NCBI GenBank assembly: GCA_965238275.1
Contig: OZ250186.1
Span: 768,001 to 832,000 of the forward strand
Origin: Nitrosopumilus sp.
GTDB lineage: Archaea; Thermoproteota; Nitrososphaeria; Nitrososphaerales; Nitrosopumilaceae
DNA: 64,000 nt
Direction of reading: 5' to 3'
Positions 9,858 to 19,973 of this stretch are shown one piece after another. The notes under the pieces were generated by a model. The model saw only the letters and a program-made list of their open reading frames with translations. It had not been told where the DNA came from and did no database searches. The position numbers and the translations under genes were made by a program. Each line of letters opens with the position of its first letter. Position 1 is the first letter of the stretch.

Positions 9858-12509
9858 ATGAATAATTCTCAGATAGAGAATTCCATATCCCAAATCACGA
9901 AGCGAAGCGGGGCCGTTACTGTGTTCAACAAGAACAAGATCTCAAGTGCCATATACAAGGCACTGGCCGCTACCTCCAAGGCCGATCACAGTCTGGCCGA
10001 TCAGCTTGCAGACCGGGTTGTAGCCAAGCTGGCCGAACAGGGATTTACAAAGTCCCATACCCCGACAGTGGAACACATTCAGGATATTGTCGAGATGACA
10101 CTGATTGACAGCGGTCACAGTGACATAGCCAGGGCGTATATCGTATACAGACACGAGAGAAGAAAGCTCCGGGAGGAGAAGATGAAGGTTCTGAATCTGC
10201 GTGCGCTTGATCCGGTCTCAAAGAAGTTTGATCTGAACTGTCTGAGGGTGCTTGCATCAAGATACCTGATGAGAAACGACAGGAATGAGATTACCGAGTC
10301 CCCCACACAGATGTTTGAAAGGGTTGCAGTAGTGGTGGCAATAGGGGATCTCATGTATGACTCTGCCATATTTGACAAGACGGGGGGACATGTTCAGAAC
10401 ACGGACGAGGCCGTGTCATACCTTCAAAAACTGGACTCGTTTGACTACAAGTTCAAGATAGGGCAGTACTACCTCAACAAGTACCACTTTAGGTCACTGA
10501 TCAACTTGTATGTGGAACTTGGCAGACGGGGGCAGATGAGGATCAGTTTCAAGGCATTGTTGATGTTGCTGGTAGGCAAGAAGCTTGACAAGCACGCCGA
10601 TCGTGTTACAGAATACTTTGAACTTATGACATCGCAGGACTTTCTGCCAAACTCGCCTACGATGATGAATGCAGGAGGGAGGCTTGGACAGCTGTCTGCA
10701 TGCTTTGTTCTGGGAATGGATGACGGCATGGAGGAGATCATGAAGTCTACATCGGATGCGGCACTAATCTTCAAGTCCGGAGGCGGCGTCGGAATCAACT
10801 ATTCAAATCTACGGGAAGAAGGCGACATAGTGGCCTCGACTTCGGGAGTCGCATCAGGCCCTGTCTCATTCATGAACATAATCAATACCGTGACTGAGGT
10901 AGTCAAGCAGGGTGGAAAGAGACGTGGGGCCAACATGGGCATCATAGAGTCGTGGCACCCTGATGTAGAAAAATTCATCACCAACAAGACCGAACCCGGG
11001 GTACTGGAGAATTTTAATATCAGCGTTGGAATATGGGAGGATTTTTGGGATGCGCTGGTGAATACAAAGGACGGCAACTATGTCCTGCGCAGTCCCCGTG
11101 ACAAGACCCCCGTCAAGGAGATAAACGCACACCAGCTGACTGACCTGATTGCGCTGTCTGCATGGAAGAGCGCAGAGCCCGGACTCATATTCTTTGATCA
11201 AATCAACAAGTACAACGTATTTGCCAAGGCCAGGAAGGCCCCTCTGAGGGCAACCAATCCGTGCGGCGAGCAGAGCCTTTATCCGTACGAGTCGTGCAAT
11301 CTGGGATCCATCAACTTGGCAAACCTGGCCAACAGGCAGGCAGACGGATCCTACAAGTTTGACTGGCAGCGGTACGAGGAGATGATCAGAAAGACGACAA
11401 GATTCCTTGACAATATAATAGATGTCAACAACTATCCGATTGAAGAGATCAGCAAGGCGTCAATAGAGTCTCGAAGAATAGGACTTGGCGTAATGGGGGT
11501 AGCCGATCTTTTGTACAAGCTCCGCATCCCGTACAACTCCGAGGACGGCTACCGTATGCAGGCGAGGCTCTCTGAGGCCCTGACATACTATTCCATGGAG
11601 GAGAGTGTTGCACTTGCACGGTTCCGTGGCGAATTTCCTCTGTGTTCAAAGACAGAATACCCTGACGGAAAGATTTCCGTTGCCGGATACTATGAGAAGC
11701 CAAAGGAGCAGCACTCGTATGAGTGGGATGCCCTGATTGGGAAGATCAAGACGCACGGCATCCGAAACGTCCTGACTACCACCGTGGCACCCACGGGGAC
11801 ACTCTCCATGATTGCAGACTGTTCCAACGGAATGGAGCCTGCCTTTGCACTGGTCTTTGAAAAAAGGGTTACTGTTGGAAGATTCTTTTACACAAACAAG
11901 GTAGTTCAGGATGCACTCAAGGAGGCCGGGCTTTACAATGACCAGATTCTTGCCAAGATCGCAGACAACTACGGTTCCCTAAAGGGAATTCCAGAGATTC
12001 CCCAGTGGATGCAGGATACGTTCGTGACTGCCATGGACATACACTGGACTGATCATCTCATGGCACAGAGCGTATGGCAGGACTGGATTGGAAATGCCAT
12101 TGCCAAGACCATAAACATGCCGTATGATGTAACTGCTGAAGACGTAAAATCCGCATACCTGCTGGCCCATGAAATGGGCCTTAAGGGAATAACAGTATAC
12201 AGGGACGGCTCCAGACACACGCAGGTCCTTCACATGACAAGCCAGAATGCAGAAAAGACGTTTGAGGTCAGGCCCAGCAGGTTTGTTACCGAGTTTATAA
12301 AATCCAACATTACAAATCCGTACGTCAGATCCCATGCTACTGCAGCACTTGCGCTAAAGCCCCATGACAGTGAGATCAAGACCGAATCCCAAAAACCTGA
12401 GAATATACCCGAGGATCAACTGTGTCCCACGTGCAAGAACCGCCTTGCCTTCATGGAAGGCTGCAGCATCTGTATTGAATGTGGACACAGCGGCTGCACA
12501 TCTGGATGA
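9858..12509 (+). CDS. nrdJ: Adenosylcobalamin-dependent (class II) ribonucleotide reductase
   Basis: ATP cone; PNSPT..NAG, LSACFV, TNPCGEQ, CNLGSIN, APTGT, KGITVYRDGSR motifs; C-terminal Cys cluster. Confidence 0.96.
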   Translation: MNNSQIENSISQITKRSGAVTVFNKNKISSAIYKALAATSKADHSLADQLADRVVAKLAEQGFTKSHTPTVEHIQDIVEMTLIDSGHSDIARAYIVYRHERRKLREEKMKVLNLRALDPVSKKFDLNCLRVLASRYLMRNDRNEITESPTQMFERVAVVVAIGDLMYDSAIFDKTGGHVQNTDEAVSYLQKLDSFDYKFKIGQYYLNKYHFRSLINLYVELGRRGQMRISFKALLMLLVGKKLDKHADRVTEYFELMTSQDFLPNSPTMMNAGGRLGQLSACFVLGMDDGMEEIMKSTSDAALIFKSGGGVGINYSNLREEGDIVASTSGVASGPVSFMNIINTVTEVVKQGGKRRGANMGIIESWHPDVEKFITNKTEPGVLENFNISVGIWEDFWDALVNTKDGNYVLRSPRDKTPVKEINAHQLTDLIALSAWKSAEPGLIFFDQINKYNVFAKARKAPLRATNPCGEQSLYPYESCNLGSINLANLANRQADGSYKFDWQRYEEMIRKTTRFLDNIIDVNNYPIEEISKASIESRRIGLGVMGVADLLYKLRIPYNSEDGYRMQARLSEALTYYSMEESVALARFRGEFPLCSKTEYPDGKISVAGYYEKPKEQHSYEWDALIGKIKTHGIRNVLTTTVAPTGTLSMIADCSNGMEPAFALVFEKRVTVGRFFYTNKVVQDALKEAGLYNDQILAKIADNYGSLKGIPEIPQWMQDTFVTAMDIHWTDHLMAQSVWQDWIGNAIAKTINMPYDVTAEDVKSAYLLAHEMGLKGITVYRDGSRHTQVLHMTSQNAEKTFEVRPSRFVTEFIKSNITNPYVRSHATAALALKPHDSEIKTESQKPENIPEDQLCPTCKNRLAFMEGCSICIECGHSGCTSG

Positions 12510-12874
12510 TCAAATCCTGCAAGGCTGCCGTGCCAAAACAGTAAATCTACACCGTGATCAGACCCACGCATATGTCATAAGGTTTTCAGACACGGATGCG
12601 GCATCCGGCGGGGCATGTTTAAGACACATACCGTTGCCGATGATTAATCATGATCAGGTATCAGCACTTTTTTTAGTGGCACGGATTCCCAAAAGTATGA
12701 TGGGATTCCTGGTATCTAAAACACGTGGAGTGATATTGAAAAAACCGGTTCACGATTTAAATCATGGTTTTGTTTGTTTGAATAAGATAGAATTTCTCCC
12801 CATTTACAGGTATTTCCAGGTGGCAGGCGACTCCGTTCTTGGCGCCGGCGGGTTTGTTATTGAACGGCTGGATC

Positions 12875-12972
12875 GCCATGTCTGCAGTTCCGGACTTGTA
12901 GATGTGGATGGAACTGCCAAGCCTGCCTGGAACGAGTTCAAGAATCAGATAGAGATGATCAGTACAGGATGA
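12875..12972 (+). pseudogene. Orphan 3' remnant of a deleted gene (…CSSGLVDVDGTAKPAWNEFKNQI…)
   Basis: Protein-like terminus (G..KPAW) whose TGA overlaps the nep1 ATG (ATGA); no coherent upstream part. Confidence 0.4.
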
Positions 12973-13696
12973 TCTCGCTGGTTCTGGCCGAATCGTCTCT
13001 GGAGCTGGTACCTGCGGAAATTTGGTCCCACCCGTCAGTAGTCCGGCATGCCAAGAGGCTTGGCAGGATGCCGTCTGAGATACTGCTGGACAACTCGTGG
13101 CATTTTGCTGCAATGAGGGAGATCGACTGCCAGATCAAGCGGGGACGGCCGGACCTAGTCCACTTTTCAATACTTGAGGCAGTCACAACTCCGCTGTACC
13201 TGCGGGATCATCTGAGGCTGTACGTCCACACCATTAACGACAAGGTGATACGGTTTGGATCCGGCGTCCGCGTACCAAAGTCATACCACCGCTTTGAGGG
13301 CACGGACTTGTAGATGTGGATGGAACTGCCAAGCCTGCCTGGAACGAGTTCAAGAATCAGATAGAGGGACTGGGATCGTCTCTGGAGCAGATTGCAGCAG
13401 ACGGCCGCATGCTGCTTGAGCTTGCAGACGTGACCCTGCCGGCACTGCTTGAACAGATCAATCCTGCAACAACGATAGGGCTGTCCACCAAGGGAATACC
13501 CTCTACATACGAGGGCATTGCAGCAGGGATTCCGGACGACGCCTGCATTGTGATCGGGGGGTTCCAAAAGGGGCATTTTTCTGATTCGGTTCGGAGCCTG
13601 CTTGATGCAGTATACTCCGTAGGCGACATGCCTCTTGAGGGCCATGTGGTGACTGCCAGAATGCTCTATGAGTATGAAAAGACCATTTTTATTTAG
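12969..13696 (+). pseudogene. nep1: Nep1/Emg1 16S rRNA pseudouridine N1-methyltransferase, interrupted
   Basis: LLDNSWH, RGRPDLVH, PKSYHRFEG and IGGFQKGHF motifs; a 64-bp insert at 13303-13366 introduces a stop. Confidence 0.85.
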
Positions 13697-13718
13697 GCCT
13701 CTGAATCCGCATACTGTC

Positions 13719-13792
13719 GCAGTCATAGTATAGCCTGGTTAGTATTCGGGGTTTCCAACCCTGCCACGCGGGTTCGAATCCCGCTGACTGCA
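13719..13792 (+). tRNA. tRNA-Gly(TCC)
   Basis: Acceptor stem GCAGTCA/TGACTGC, anticodon arm CGGGG-TTTCCAA-CCCTG, T loop GGTTCGAATCC. Confidence 0.95.
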
Positions 13793-13862
13793 CTCTTATG
13801 ATGCCATACGGATGCCTGCACACGGCACAAACCAATTTTTAGGCGCATCCCGGAGCAGTATC

Positions 13863-14165
13863 GTGAAGCCTGCAGTCCGGAGTGTGGCAATGGAGAGGAT
13901 GGAGATTCTTGTCAGAACCGCAATCTCCAATGCAAGATCGGATCCCGGCCTTGCCCGACGCCAAGCAATGCTGGCACGCAGAATCAGTACCCGGCACAGG
14001 ATACGAATGCCATACCACCTCCGGATGGCATTCTGCAAAAAATGCAAGTCGTTTATCGCACCGGGAATTGACTCCCGTATCAGAGTGGGACGATCCCCTG
14101 TCAAGTCGATCAGGATTTCCTGCCTGCTGTGCGGGCATACATACCGTAAAATTATATCTCAATGA
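13863..14165 (+). CDS. rnp4: RNase P protein component 4 (Rpp21/Rpr2)
   Basis: A.ERM..L, FCKKC..FI.PG, CLLCG..YR motifs. Confidence 0.9.
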   Translation: MKPAVRSVAMERMEILVRTAISNARSDPGLARRQAMLARRISTRHRIRMPYHLRMAFCKKCKSFIAPGIDSRIRVGRSPVKSIRISCLLCGHTYRKIISQ

Positions 14166-14196
14166 TTTATAAGACGATTCACGATTTTCTGTCTTC

Positions 14197-14649
14197 ATGG
14201 CAAAGGTCTATGACGTACCTGCAGACGTATTGATTGAACAGATGGCAGAGATTCTAAAGGGCGAGGACATTCCCGCCCCGTCATGGATTCCGTTTGTCAA
14301 GACCGGGGCACATGCAGACAAGCCCCCGCAGAACAGGGAGTGGTGGCATACAAGATGTGCCTCCATACTAAGGAAGATCTACCTGAACGGTCCTGTTGGC
14401 ATTAACAAATTACGAAACAACTATGGCGGCGGCAGGCCGTCAGGGTACGGCGCTGCACATCACAAGGATGCCGGGGGAGCGATCATCCGCAACGCCGTTC
14501 ACGGGCTGGAGAAGCTGGGCTATGTCGAGAAGGTTGGCAAGAAGGGCAGGATGGTTTCCAGAAACGGCATGCAGAAACTTGACAGGCTTTCAACTGAGAT
14601 TCTTAACGGAATGATTGCCCAGAACCCCCAACTAAAGGTGTACTCCTAG
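14197..14649 (+). CDS. rps19e: 30S ribosomal protein S19e
   Basis: VYDVPAD, VKTG, WW.TRCASILRKIY. Confidence 0.97.
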   Translation: MAKVYDVPADVLIEQMAEILKGEDIPAPSWIPFVKTGAHADKPPQNREWWHTRCASILRKIYLNGPVGINKLRNNYGGGRPSGYGAAHHKDAGGAIIRNAVHGLEKLGYVEKVGKKGRMVSRNGMQKLDRLSTEILNGMIAQNPQLKVYS

Positions 14650-14656
14650 ATTCGCA

Positions 14657-14929
14657 ATGAGCTTTCCTGAACCCAACGAACAACCCCTGAACAATGAGGC
14701 AGCCGCCCAAAAGGAACAGATTCTCAAGCAGATCCTCTCCCCGGAGGCCAGGATGAGGCTGGGTAACATTAAGATGGTAAGGCCGGAGATGTCCAACCTT
14801 GTAGAGCAGTATCTCATTGGGATGGCAACCAAGGGGCAGATTCACGGGCAGCTCACAGATGCCCAGCTCAAGCAGATCCTGCTCTCCATCCAGCAACCCA
14901 AACGCGACTTTAAGATAAACCGCGTCTAG
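14657..14929 (+). CDS. PDCD5-like dsDNA-binding protein
   Basis: ILSPEARMRL.NI.MVRPE; conserved position after S19e. Confidence 0.92.
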   Translation: MSFPEPNEQPLNNEAAAQKEQILKQILSPEARMRLGNIKMVRPEMSNLVEQYLIGMATKGQIHGQLTDAQLKQILLSIQQPKRDFKINRV

Positions 14930-15097
14930 TGGCGTCGGGAATTCCCACAGGTGTTGCGTGTGGCGCATTGCCTGGTTCACTCCGTTGCTACGTGCCAGGA
15001 TAACCCTGTGCAGGACAGAACCCTTTGAAAGTCATGCACGAATTGCCAATGTGGCCCACTGATAAAATATAATTATGGGTAGATATCCGCTTTAGAC

Positions 15098-16177
15098 ATG
15101 AAGGCAGTTGTGTACAGCGAATATGCGCCGGATGACGACTATGCCCGTATACTCAAGGTTCAGGACATTGACGACCCAAAACCAAAGCCCAACGAAGTGG
15201 TCTTTAAGGTAAAGTCGACAGCCCTTAACTATAACGACATCTGGGGCATGAGGGGCCAGCCGGTTCCTGTACCGCTGCCACATGTTTCAGGCTCTGATGC
15301 AGCCGGTGACGTTGTTGCAGTAGGCGAGGATGTAAGGAACATCAATGTGGGAGACAGGGTAGTGTCCCACTCCAACATGTCATGCAGGGTCTGCAAGGCG
15401 TGTACCGACGGAAGAGAGTTTGACTGCATCAACAGGACAATCTGGGGATTCCAGACTGGTCCCAACTGGGGAGCCTATCAGGAACTGACCCACCTGCCGG
15501 AGGTCAACGTTTCAAAGATTCCCGAAGAGGTATCCTATGACAATGCGGCTGCCGCGTCAATGACACTACTTACATCATGGCACATGCTTGTGGGAAGGGC
15601 AAGGATCACGCCCGGACAGACCGTCCTGATTATGGGAGGCGGTTCCGGGGTAGGAAGCTTTGGCATTCAGATTGCCAAGCTGTACAACTGTGATGTGATA
15701 GCAACTGCCAGTCCGGACAAGCTTGACAAGTGCCTTGAACTTGGTGCAGACTATGCAGTCGATCACAGAAAGGACGACTGGCACAAGGAGGTTCGGGCAA
15801 TCACAAAAGGCATTGCAAAGAAAAAGGGAGAGGCACCTGGAATCGATATCTCCTTTGATCACATAGGCCAGACCCACTGGAACAAGCAGCTTACCCTGCT
15901 CAAATACGGTGCAACGCTTGTCTCATGCGGAGCCACCACCGGATATGACGCCAAGACGGATCTTAGACATGTCTTCTTCAAGGGCACCAACATTCTGGGG
16001 TCCACACAGGGCACCAAGGCCGAACTGGATCAGGGACTCTACTGGATGGGCCAGGGCAAGATAAAATCTGCAATAGATTCCGTATACTCTTTTGAACAGG
16101 CAGCAGAGGCGCACACAAAGATGCTGACAGGAAAGGGCCTGTTTGGCAAAATCTTAATGAAGCCCGAAGGCGCCTAA
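15098..16177 (+). CDS. Zinc-binding medium-chain dehydrogenase/reductase
   Basis: P.V.GSDAAG, structural-Zn CRVCKAC..C, GGGSGVG Rossmann motif. Confidence 0.9.
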   Translation: MKAVVYSEYAPDDDYARILKVQDIDDPKPKPNEVVFKVKSTALNYNDIWGMRGQPVPVPLPHVSGSDAAGDVVAVGEDVRNINVGDRVVSHSNMSCRVCKACTDGREFDCINRTIWGFQTGPNWGAYQELTHLPEVNVSKIPEEVSYDNAAAASMTLLTSWHMLVGRARITPGQTVLIMGGGSGVGSFGIQIAKLYNCDVIATASPDKLDKCLELGADYAVDHRKDDWHKEVRAITKGIAKKKGEAPGIDISFDHIGQTHWNKQLTLLKYGATLVSCGATTGYDAKTDLRHVFFKGTNILGSTQGTKAELDQGLYWMGQGKIKSAIDSVYSFEQAAEAHTKMLTGKGLFGKILMKPEGA

Positions 16178-16184
16178 CCACTCC

Positions 16185-17042
16185 ATGACGCAGCTCTTTC
16201 GCAGTCTCATATTTGTTCCCGGAAACAATCCAAGGTTTCTGGAAAAGGCAAAATCACTCCAGGCAGACATCGTGTGTCTTGATCTGGAGGACTCTGTCCC
16301 GGATGCAGAGAAGGCAGGAGCGCGAGGGCTGATAAGGAATGCCCTTGAATCACACAACTCGTACAAATCCACCCTGTTTGTCCGGACAAACTCTCCGGCA
16401 TCAGGGCTGGTCCGGGCTGATCTTGAGGAGACAGTCAGGGAAGGACTGGGCGGGATCGTGGTGCCAAAGGTCGATGATGCAAAGGCCTTGGAGGACATAA
16501 CAGGGATCCTGTCCGGGCTTGAGGAGGCAAGGGGGATTGAACCGATTCGGATACTCCCCTCAATAGAGTCGGCCAAGGGCGTGGTCAACACGTACCAGAT
16601 AGCATCCTTTGGGCCAAGGGTGCCTGCAGTGGTCTTTGGCGTCTTTGACCTGCTCAATGATCTGGGAGTAGAATACGCCAAGGACGTGCCCGGCATTGCA
16701 TACTCCCGGGCAAAGATTCCAGTGGATGCGCGCGCTGCAGGCGTTGCCGCAATTGATGCAATATGGCAGGATCTTCGGGATTCAAAGGGGCTTGAGGACG
16801 ACTGCCAGGCAGGCAAGAGCCTTGGGTACTCTGGAAAAAGCATAATACATCCGGATCAGATTGAGACTGTCCACAGGCTGTTCTACCCGAACCCGTACGA
16901 GATCATGTGGGCCCGGAAGGTCTGCGGGGCATACCTTGAATCGGCAAGGGGCGGGACAGGCGCCACCACAGTCGACGGCAGAATGATAGACGAGGTCCAC
17001 TTCAAGCAGGCAAGGGCGCTTCTTGATCTTGTAGGGGAATGA
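16185..17042 (+). CDS. CoA ester lyase (CitE/HpcH family)
   Basis: RSLIFVPG, DLEDSV, PKV, GK..IHP.Q, GRMID motifs. Confidence 0.92.
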   Translation: MTQLFRSLIFVPGNNPRFLEKAKSLQADIVCLDLEDSVPDAEKAGARGLIRNALESHNSYKSTLFVRTNSPASGLVRADLEETVREGLGGIVVPKVDDAKALEDITGILSGLEEARGIEPIRILPSIESAKGVVNTYQIASFGPRVPAVVFGVFDLLNDLGVEYAKDVPGIAYSRAKIPVDARAAGVAAIDAIWQDLRDSKGLEDDCQAGKSLGYSGKSIIHPDQIETVHRLFYPNPYEIMWARKVCGAYLESARGGTGATTVDGRMIDEVHFKQARALLDLVGE

Positions 17043-17105
17043 ACAATCACCCAAAACGGCTCTCTCCAGATAGGTTAAAGACTGCCAACTGTCCACACAT
17101 GTGTA

Positions 17106-17810
17106 ATGGCCAACCTGCTTGATCCCACAAACGTGATTACCCGCATGTTCAACGCACAGAGATACGACGAGATGTACAGCTACTGCAAGGACCTGCTTGA
17201 AAAGACGCCTGACGAGATGGTGGCCCTGCAGAACATCTCCCTTGCCCTTGTCCATCTGAAGAGGTATCCGGAGGCCATAGAATACTGCGACAGGGTTTTG
17301 AAGATAAAGGATTCGGACATGTATGCGCAAAAGAACAAGATCTACTCCCTGGAATGCCTGCACAGGAATGCAGAGGTTCTTGAGATCTGCAACAAAATCC
17401 TCCGAACCGCCTCCGCTGACACCTGGATACTCAACAGCATGGGCCTCTCCCTCAACGAACTGGACCGGCATTCTGAGGCCATTTCATGCTATGATCGCTG
17501 CCTTGCAATCAACCCCGATGATGTCACTGCCCTGATGAACAAGGCCATATCCCTGAGCCACCTTGGCCGGTACCGGGAGGCACTTGGGTTCTATGATACA
17601 GCACAGAGGATTGATCCGAGCATTGCAGTGATCCCGCCTGCCAAGTCGCGCCTGTTTGAGAAGCTGGGAATGACAGACGAGGCATTCCTGGCAGCACAGG
17701 GGGTGCTGAACCGGGACATGGAGAGGATCGCAGCAGATGCAAAGAGGAACAAGTGCACCGTATTCCACCAGTTCTGCGAGAACGAGTTTGCAGAGATTGA
17801 CTCCAAATGA
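17106..17810 (+). CDS. TPR repeat protein
   Basis: Repeated EAI.xYDxxL.I.P 34-aa motifs. Confidence 0.9.
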   Translation: MANLLDPTNVITRMFNAQRYDEMYSYCKDLLEKTPDEMVALQNISLALVHLKRYPEAIEYCDRVLKIKDSDMYAQKNKIYSLECLHRNAEVLEICNKILRTASADTWILNSMGLSLNELDRHSEAISCYDRCLAINPDDVTALMNKAISLSHLGRYREALGFYDTAQRIDPSIAVIPPAKSRLFEKLGMTDEAFLAAQGVLNRDMERIAADAKRNKCTVFHQFCENEFAEIDSK

Positions 17811-17888
17811 CTGCGTCTAATCATCGTATGACGTGAAAGAAGATTCGACTTGTGATCTCATAAACAATTCCGTGTGAGAATCAAATGA

Positions 17889-18750
17889 TTATGATTCTGT
17901 GCGGATCTCTTTCTTTGTAGGCAGCATGGAAAACCAGGATCTCGGGGAGCCGCCCGTGCCGCCCTGCGCCACCAGCACCTCGTCTACGTACTGGATCAGT
18001 TTGCTGGAAATCAGGTGGTCTGTTTTTGTAACCGTAATCACGAACTGGACGTTGTGTGTTTTTGACCGTTTGACCATGCCGTTGATTAATTTCATGATGC
18101 CGTCATATTGGGTAAAGAGCCACCCTTCCTCTATCACTATCACTTTTCTCGTCTCTGACGGTATCGACTTGGCGCACTGCCAAATGGCGTCCAACGCGCA
18201 AAACAACACGAAGAGTTCTGACTGTTTGGTGCCAATCGTAGGGGCTGAAAACACGCAGCCCCTCTTGATGTTCGGCTTGCTGCCGGGCTCGTCGTTAAGA
18301 AACTGTGCCGACAGGCGCGAAATCTCGTTCCTGTGGCGTTCTGGAATCAGTCCCAAAAACTCCCGCATGGAAGAGGCGCGTTCGGCGCACGTTCCGAGTT
18401 CGTATACCACGTCGTTGTCCAGCCCTGCAAATTCGCCCAACAGGTTGGCTATGTTGAACGGATGGGAATCCCTTATGGGATCAAGCCCCAGTGACGGCTT
18501 GTCCTTGACCGATATGTTTTGTATGTCGAACCGTTCCCGTTCATATTCATACTCTCCTGTAACGTCCAAAACGAACACTACTGCCCCGGATTTTATGGAA
18601 TGCTCTATTATTGATTTGGCAATGAAAGATTTTCCGCTTCCAGATTTGCCCACGAGTGCGAGATTGCGAGTGGTTGGTTCGTCTGAAACGAAATTGGCTA
18701 GAGCCCAGTCGTCAAAAACGATCGTATCTTGACTCTTTGAATCTTTCACG
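17889..18750 (-). CDS. VirB4/HerA-like P-loop ATPase (start uncertain, possibly a remnant)
   Basis: Walker A GKSGSGKS, VLDVTGEY, Walker B-like VIVIEEGW. Confidence 0.7.
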
Positions 18751-19973
18751 CATACAGACGCATGTCTGCATATAAATAAATGTACTTTTGATTTTGCCAA
18801 ACCAAGAAAAATTATAGCCGCTCCATCTCTGTATGTGACTTGGAAGATGTCGCCCACTCGTGCCTGCGCAGGCATCGGACACGGGTAAATTTCACGTATA
18901 TGGAACATCATTGCTGTTCAGGTTCTGTTAACTTATCAAGATCTGCCGACGGCTGTTAACCGTCGGGATCTTGTTGCTCGCCAACTGATCAGCATCGACT
19001 GAATTCTTCACCATGAGACTTATCCTCTCGTGGCTATCCATCTCCATCGCTTCATTTGCGGATCCTACGGGCACGACCTTTGTGCCTCGTGCAAGTATGT
19101 TGATACATGCATGCTTGTCACGGTCTACCGTGATGTTTCCGACAGGGCATCGCACCATTCTGCGCTCTTCGGTGATCATTGTTTCACCACATGCCGCGCA
19201 TTTCGAGCTTGTGCCCCTCGGATTTACTTTGATTGGAACCGTTCCATTCCACCTTGCCTTGTATTCAATCTGCCTTCCCAATTCGTAATAACCCCAATTC
19301 TTGCCGTTAAAATTGGCAGTCTTTCCCTTCCTGGCTTTCTTGTTCCACAGTTTTGTTATTCCTTCCAAATCTTCCAGAACCGGAACGTGTCCAGAGTCAA
19401 CTATCCTTTTGCTTGCCTTGTGTAGGATGTCATTAGTCCTGTTTTTTCCAATCCGACCGTATTTGCCTGCTATCTTTTTTCTTATCCTGTGGTCGTTTCT
19501 CTTGAAATTGGAGACCGTTTTCCTGCATTGCCGCTTGATCTTGCCGACTTTTGAAAGATCGTGCCTGACTATCCTGTCGTCCGTATCACACGTGGTGACG
19601 TTGTCAAAATTCATGTCTATCCCGACGTAACCCTGCGGAGTCCTTTCTTCGATTTTTTTGGAACATGCCAGTATCAGTTTGTTCGGAGTGACGGTGATTC
19701 CTCCCAGACTCATGCCATCTATCGTTTCCAACACGTAAGATGCCAGTTTGATTTTGATCTTCGTCTTGGCTTTCACTGACAGCTCCACGAACCCGTCGGA
19801 TATCTTGCATGCCTGGTTGTTGAACTTTAATATTTTTCCGGTGACGTAAGGGACTCCCGCGTTTTTGCCTTTTCGCTTGTTTGTACGCATTGGCTTCAGC
19901 ATGGATTTTGCGGAGTAGATTGCGGTCTGTTTGACTGACGCATACAAATCACTTTTCAGTTCGTGATATATTA

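Noticed and set aside
12520-12875. Possible IS remnant between nrdJ and nep1
   Set aside because: No transposase motif or paired ends could be identified by eye.
12891-13366. DGR template/variable repeat pair or intron in nep1
   Set aside because: Copies are identical (no adenine-specific changes), there is no reverse transcriptase, and removing the 64 bp does not restore the frame.
13719-13792. tRNA-Gly as an integration (att) site
   Set aside because: No duplicated tRNA end or integrase seen in the window.
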